Position numbers and translations under genes: made by a program | Notes under the pieces: model-generated | What the model saw: the letters and a program-made list of their open reading frames with translations, nothing else | Told to the model about the DNA's origin: nothing | Databases searched by the model: none | Shown here: positions 58,750 to 64,000 of the stretch, one piece after another | Layout of the letters: the number at the start of each line of letters is the position of its first letter | Position numbering within the stretch: the stretch's first letter is position 1 | Source: Candidatus Moraniibacteriota bacterium | GTDB lineage: Bacteria > Patescibacteriota > Minisyncoccia > Moranbacterales > DUUL01 | NCBI GenBank assembly: GCA_041583775.1 | Contig: JBFHFF010000006.1 | Coordinates: 461-64,460, forward strand | DNA length: 64,000 nt | Reading direction: 5' to 3'

Positions 58750-59559
58750 TTAATAGTGATTCACCACCACAGTACTTGGAGTCCCAGCGGTAACCTTCAG
58801 AGCCCTTTGAGTTTCTGATAGACTTGGATTGGTGACTGAGAATATATATTCAGCATCACCGCGGGTAAGGTTTGTGCAGCCTGAACTTTGCTGACTCCCA
58901 AATTTATCATGCCAATAAGTTCCATGAATTGCGTAGGAGCCAAAATAGAACATAGTGTGTGGGACATTAGGAAGATCATACGCACGCGGCACTATTGGTG
59001 GGGCAAGATTCATTCTTATGCTACGCGTCTTGTACCACACTCGAAAAGTTCCTGTGATTGTCGGTGCATCACGCCTTCCCGTTGCTACATAGGTTGCAAA
59101 TACAGGGGTGTCCCCTTGCGAGAGGGTGAGCACCTTTTTAGTCAAATCAACATCAATCCAGTATTCGTTTTGAGTGACCCCATTTGGACGCACTAAATTT
59201 TCAGGTGGCGTTGGTTGATCAATTTTGCTCACAAGTCCTGAAAAAACATATGCTCCTGGATACGCCCCTCCATCAACTTGGTACCATTTATCATTTCCGT
59301 CTATATTCTCACCACTTACGGTTTTTAATACTTTAACTCTATTAATAGAATTAAAGGCCCCTAATTTTTGTGATTTACTACTTGGTTCCTTGCGTGCAAT
59401 CACGGAGTTGTAGTCAATTTTTCCCCACCAAGCACCTCGCTGAAGGTCAGTGCTTTTTGCTTTTGTAATTAGAATGTTTGAAATAAACAATCCAATGATT
59501 AGCAAAACAGCCAATAATATGTGAATTTGCTTTTTCATAATTTTATTTTTAATGTTCAT
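58750..59559 (-). CDS. L,D-transpeptidase (SH3-like + YkuD)
   Basis: IDVDL..., ATG....PT..G.F, IHGTYWH...S.GC; start may be 59538. Confidence 0.88.
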   Translation of the reverse strand: MNIKNKIMKKQIHILLAVLLIIGLFISNILITKAKSTDLQRGAWWGKIDYNSVIARKEPSSKSQKLGAFNSINRVKVLKTVSGENIDGNDKWYQVDGGAYPGAYVFSGLVSKIDQPTPPENLVRPNGVTQNEYWIDVDLTKKVLTLSQGDTPVFATYVATGRRDAPTITGTFRVWYKTRSIRMNLAPPIVPRAYDLPNVPHTMFYFGSYAIHGTYWHDKFGSQQSSGCTNLTRGDAEYIFSVTNPSLSETQRALKVTAGTPSTVVVNHY

Positions 59560-59698
59560 CTTTACCTTAATTAAAGCATAAATTTAGCTTTTTTTCAACG
59601 GTGGTATTTGAAATTCTGTTTCAAATTTTAATTCAATAAAATAGAGATGCGCAAATATGATGAGGTAGAAATAAAAAAATACCTTTTGTTTTAATGCT

Positions 59699-60463
59699 TT
59701 AGCTCTGTCTTGCTAACACAATCGCTGAAATTGATTTAGGGTGTAATTTTCTTAGCTCTTTTGCGCATTCACCTATAGTGGAGCCGGTTGTGCAAACATC
59801 GTCCACCAAGAGAATCCTTTTGGTTTTGATTTTTTCGTAAAAATCTTTGTTTGCCACAAAGCAATCTTTTATATTTTCTTGTCTTGCTTCATAATTTTTT
59901 ACTTTCATTTGAGGTTTTGTAAAATGTTTGCGTTGAATCGCGTTTGGCAGTACTTCAATTTCTATTCCTGGAAGGAGATTTTTAGAGATAATATTTGCGA
60001 GTAACTCTGATTGATTAAATCCTCGCCAACGCAATCTTTTGTTGTGTAAAGGTATCGGGATTATCACATCTGGAGCAGGAAAACTCCCCAAATGTAGCAT
60101 TGTTTTGACAATTAACATTCCTAATGGATCCGCTAAGTCACTTACAAAATTATATTTAAAAGAATGAATGGCCTTTGATAATAGCTTGTCTTTATAATCA
60201 GAGACTACAAAAAGTCTATTAATAGGAGAGTCCCAGGTTTCTTTGCAAAGTTTGCAAATATCGCCATTGGTGATGATGGTTTTCTCGCAGATAGGGCAAA
60301 CTTGAAAAGAATTTTTAGGAATTTTCTCTAAGCACTTCTCGCAAATAAAAGCACCTTCTTTTCTGCAATGAAGGCACTTTATGGGAAAAACAATGTCGGC
60401 GAAAAAATCCGATAACTTAGATAGACTGTCTGTTATTTTATTTTTTGATGATATCTGCAACAA
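59699..60463 (-). CDS. comF: ComF family competence protein
   Basis: Zn-finger CxxC pairs, PIPLH..R...RGFNQ, LVDDVCTTGST. Confidence 0.9.
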   Translation of the reverse strand: MLQISSKNKITDSLSKLSDFFADIVFPIKCLHCRKEGAFICEKCLEKIPKNSFQVCPICEKTIITNGDICKLCKETWDSPINRLFVVSDYKDKLLSKAIHSFKYNFVSDLADPLGMLIVKTMLHLGSFPAPDVIIPIPLHNKRLRWRGFNQSELLANIISKNLLPGIEIEVLPNAIQRKHFTKPQMKVKNYEARQENIKDCFVANKDFYEKIKTKRILLVDDVCTTGSTIGECAKELRKLHPKSISAIVLARQS

Positions 60464-62897
60464 TTTTTTCTTTTTTGTTTGAAATTGATATTTTGGCGAT
60501 ATTTTTATTTGAAACTATTTTGTGAGCAATGACAGGTTCAATAGAATCTTGGATGTGCTTTCTGATTTGTCTTGCTCCTAGTTCTGAGAGTTTACTTTTT
60601 TTGGAAATGAATCTGATAATTGATTTATCAAAATCAAACTCAATTGAACGCTGTGCCAATCTTTCTTTTAGAGCTCCCAGCTCTTTTTTTATAATAGCTT
60701 CAATATTTTTGCTTGAAAGTGTGTTGAATGGCAAAATGTGATCTAAACGGTTGACGAGTTCTGGTGAAAGAATTTCCTCAATTTGCTCAATGATAGAATT
60801 TGTAATTTCCTCATAATTAGATTTTTTGGGAAGATTTTTCTTGTTAAAGCCTAGTTCTGAAATTTTATTTAGTTCCTCAACACCAATATTTGATGTCAAA
60901 ACAACAATAGTATTCCTGAAATTAATTCTTCTTCCTTTTGAATCTGAAACTTCACCTTCTTCAAGGATTTGTAACAAAATGTTTAATATTGAAGGATCAG
61001 CCTTTTCAATTTCATCGAAAAGGACAACACTATATGGATTGCGTCTTACTTTGTTAGCGAATTCGCCACTTTCTTCATATCCAATATAACCAGCTGGTGC
61101 GCCAAGTAATCTTGAGACAGTATGTTTCTCCATAAACTCACTCATATTGATTTGAATCAATCCATCTTGGTGTGAAGTGGGAGAGATTGCAGATGCTAGT
61201 AGTTTTGCGCAATGAGTTTTTCCAACTCCAGAAGGTCCAACAAAAAGAAATGACCCTAATGGGCGGTTGGGGTTTGAAATTCCACTAACTTGTCTTAGGA
61301 TTGTATTTGAAATATGCTCTCTAACTTTTATTTGTCCAAATAAACCCTGTCTAAGCGTGAGATTAACTTTTTTAGTTATCGCATTATTGTCTTGTGTTAA
61401 AATTTCCTTTGGGATTCCAGATAGTTTAGCTAGTGTATTCTTAACTTCTTCGGCAGTTACGATGACCTTTTCTTTTTCGGTTTGTTTTGCAAGTTCTTTT
61501 TTCAATTTTTCCAATATTGTGATGTTTTTGTTTTCTTCAGCCCTCATTCTAATGGCATCTTCGTAACGATCGCCGATTACTAGAAGTTCTTTTTCTGATT
61601 TAATTCTTTCAATTTTTTCCTCTATTTTTTTAATTTTTCGATAAATTAAATTATCAGAATTTATAGAGCGTAAACGAGAAGCTGTTTCGTCAATCAAATC
61701 TATTGCGCTATCTGGAAGATTTCTTTCTGGTAAATATCTTTTTGCAAAGATGGCCGCAGTTTTATTTGCATCATCTAATATTGATACATTGTGAAATTTT
61801 TCATATGATTTTTTAATGCCATCAAGAATCTTTTTAGTTTCCCCTATGCTGGGCTCTTTTACTATAATTGGTTGCAACCTTCTTTCCAATGCAGCATCTT
61901 TTTCAATATGTTTTCGATATTCTTCAATCGTTGTTGCTCCAATTAGTTGAATTTCTCCCCTTGAAAGAATTGGTTTTAATAGGTTAGCAGCATCCATTCC
62001 ACCAGCGGAATTTCCAGCCCCAATTAGGTTGTGAATTTCATCAATAAAAAGAATGATGTTCGGATTTTTTTGAACTTGGTTTATAATATCTTTCAATCTA
62101 GCCTCAAATTCACCTCTAAAGGTTGTTCCAGCGATTAAAAGTCCAAGGTCTAGACTTAGAATTTTTTTGCCACACAAGTAGTATTCAGCAGTTCCTTCTT
62201 GAATTTTTTTCGCTAAACCTTCAACTATTGCAGTTTTTCCAACGCCTGGGTCACCAATTAATACAGGATTATTTTTCATTTTTCGTCCCAATATATGTGA
62301 AATTCTTTCCAGTTCATATTCTCTTCCAACCAGGACATGATCCTCTTGAGATTTTGCAGTTAAATCTGTATAGAAATTTTTATCAGAAGATTGTCTCTTG
62401 ATGTTTTGTGGGCTATTTGGGTTGAAAAAGTTTTCAATAATGGCATTGAGTTCACCAAAAAAATCATTTTGTGAAGGATTTTTCCCGGTTGGGGCATTGG
62501 AAATTGTAGCACCATTTTTTTTGGAGGATATTTTTACTTTTTTTTGTATTACATTTTTTGATATTTCCGGGATATCTAGGATTTCATTTGCTAAGTGTTC
62601 AGTTCCAATGAAAGAACTTTTCGTTATAAAAGCAGTTTTTATTGCTCTATTGATTATGTCCTGAGCAGTTAAAGAATTCTTTTTTAACGGTAGTTTTATT
62701 TGATTTTTCACTTTGAATTTTGTTAAAATATTTTTTGGTAATGTTGTTTCAAGAATTGTTTTCCCAAAACTCCCTTCTTGTTTTAAGAGTGCTTGTATTA
62801 AAAGTCTCGCATCAATTGATGTTAACTTTTTTGAAGAATTAATTCGTTTCAATTTGGCTATTGCTAACTGAGCTTTTTTGGTAAATCGCTTGCGCAT
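60438..62897 (-). CDS. clpC: ATP-dependent Clp protease ATPase (ClpC-like)
   Basis: GDPGVGKT and GPSGVGKT Walker A motifs, [19 protein letters not shown]-like coil. Confidence 0.9.
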   Translation of the reverse strand: MRKRFTKKAQLAIAKLKRINSSKKLTSIDARLLIQALLKQEGSFGKTILETTLPKNILTKFKVKNQIKLPLKKNSLTAQDIINRAIKTAFITKSSFIGTEHLANEILDIPEISKNVIQKKVKISSKKNGATISNAPTGKNPSQNDFFGELNAIIENFFNPNSPQNIKRQSSDKNFYTDLTAKSQEDHVLVGREYELERISHILGRKMKNNPVLIGDPGVGKTAIVEGLAKKIQEGTAEYYLCGKKILSLDLGLLIAGTTFRGEFEARLKDIINQVQKNPNIILFIDEIHNLIGAGNSAGGMDAANLLKPILSRGEIQLIGATTIEEYRKHIEKDAALERRLQPIIVKEPSIGETKKILDGIKKSYEKFHNVSILDDANKTAAIFAKRYLPERNLPDSAIDLIDETASRLRSINSDNLIYRKIKKIEEKIERIKSEKELLVIGDRYEDAIRMRAEENKNITILEKLKKELAKQTEKEKVIVTAEEVKNTLAKLSGIPKEILTQDNNAITKKVNLTLRQGLFGQIKVREHISNTILRQVSGISNPNRPLGSFLFVGPSGVGKTHCAKLLASAISPTSHQDGLIQINMSEFMEKHTVSRLLGAPAGYIGYEESGEFANKVRRNPYSVVLFDEIEKADPSILNILLQILEEGEVSDSKGRRINFRNTIVVLTSNIGVEELNKISELGFNKKNLPKKSNYEEITNSIIEQIEEILSPELVNRLDHILPFNTLSSKNIEAIIKKELGALKERLAQRSIEFDFDKSIIRFISKKSKLSELGARQIRKHIQDSIEPVIAHKIVSNKNIAKISISNKKEKIVADIIKK

Positions 62898-63075
62898 TGT
62901 TCGAACCGTGATATAATTAAATTAACTTTATGTTTATAGGATATTGTATCACTTTTTTATTTGAAAGTAAATATAATAATTCTATTTTCAATTAAGCGGA
63001 TATAAACTTTGAATCTTATCTTGAGGATTTTTAGCTATAACTATCGAACGAAAAATAAAAAGATAAAAAGAAAAA

Positions 63076-64000
63076 ATGGATAGTGGTAAGATTTCTATTT
63101 TTCACAAAATGAAGGATGGTTTGTTGAGTGGATTATTGGGCGGGGATAAAAATGTTTCCGTTGGTGTTGATGTAGGCAGTGCTAGTATCAAAGTTGTTGT
63201 TTTGGAGAGAATTGGTAATGCAATTCATTTAAAAAATTATGCTATTGCTAAAAGTAAGGAAGAAATAATAAAACCAGGAACAGTTGGTGTTATTAGTGAT
63301 GAGGCAAGTGAATTGATTGAGAAGACGATGAAAGAGGCTGAAGTTACGAAGAATTATGTGCAGGCGGCAGTGCCTAGTTTTTCTTCTTTAATAACAGCAA
63401 TAGAGATACCTAGAACTGCTAAAAAAGAGATTGATGAAATAATTCAAAATGAAGCACCAAAATACATCCCGGTTCAGTTGTCTGATGTGGTTTATGGTTG
63501 GCAATTAATAGATGAAGGAAATGAGGATATTGAGGAAGATGCAATTCCTGGCGTGAGAAGAGATGGGAATATACACATCTTATTGGTAGCAATTATGCGC
63601 GAAATTAGTACTCAATATGAAAAAGTTTTTTCTGCGGCTGGTTTGAAAATAGATTCTTTGGAAATTGATGCATTTTCTCTGACGAGAGCACTGGTTGGCG
63701 ACAATAAAAAACCTCATTTGATTTTGGATATTGGTCATAAGGTTTGTAATATTGTTGCAGTTGCGAATGGTAATGTTTTGCTCAATAGAACGATTGATAT
63801 CGCAGGTGACAGGATTACCAAAACAATAGCTAGGAGTTTGGGTATTGATTCTCAAAGGGCTGAGAAAATTAAATATAGTCAAGGGATGAAAGCAGGCGAA
63901 GCCCAAGGTGGAACAGAGATGATTGGTCAGATTATGGATACTGTTGTTTCTGAGATTAGAAAAACTAATATGGCTATCAAGAAGACATATGAAGGTATAG
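63076..64000 (+). CDS. pilM: Second PilM paralogue (runs off the window; absent from the ORF track)
   Basis: Manual translation: VGVDVGSASIKVV, EAPKYIPVQLSDVVYGW, EIDAFSL.RAL, LILDIG. Confidence 0.88.
   Translation, partial: MDSGKISIFHKMKDGLLSGLLGGDKNVSVGVDVGSASIKVVVLERIGNAIHLKNYAIAKSKEEIIKPGTVGVISDEASELIEKTMKEAEVTKNYVQAAVPSFSSLITAIEIPRTAKKEIDEIIQNEAPKYIPVQLSDVVYGWQLIDEGNEDIEEDAIPGVRRDGNIHILLVAIMREISTQYEKVFSAAGLKIDSLEIDAFSLTRALVGDNKKPHLILDIGHKVCNIVAVANGNVLLNRTIDIAGDRITKTIARSLGIDSQRAEKIKYSQGMKAGEAQGGTEMIGQIMDTVVSEIRKTNMAIKKTYEGI

Noticed and set aside
611-62664. Numerous short ORFs nested in or antisense to long genes
   Set aside because: Shadow frames of well-supported genes, with no motifs
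63580-63906. 108-aa minus-strand ORF
   Set aside because: Antisense shadow of the pilM gene running off the window

Overview
AT-rich bacterial chromosome segment. Gene content (two pilM loci, comF, a giant GNVGIGT-repeat surface protein, A-rich leaders mostly without Shine-Dalgarno, many small secreted hypotheticals) suggests Patescibacteria/CPR (Parcubacteria-like); this is an inference. Housekeeping genes include ychF, rfbA, galU, murC, tsaE, PMM/PGM, maf, ung, clpC, a Gld-type ABC transporter, a LexA-like repressor, ArsR plus permease, RNase P RNA, tRNA-Arg(TCT) and tRNA-Ser(GCT). The most notable region is 47.8-57.0 kb. A ~7.6-kb element bounded by TGCGGAGAG is integrated at the 3' end of tRNA-Ser. 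It carries a twice-frameshifted large serine recombinase, an HUH rolling-circle Rep with candidate origins, and a nuclease-TPR-PIN cargo gene. To its left is an integron-like array: single ORFs tightly separated by three copies of a ~100-bp repeat made of a promoter, a terminator hairpin and an att-like sequence encoding the recombinase's alternative C-terminus. Two other candidates stand out. One is an unannotated ~280-nt structured RNA with a D-armless tRNA-like domain (3.0-3.3 kb). The other is nucleotide-level conservation of module junctions in the 2464-aa fibre protein, which suggests module shuffling.
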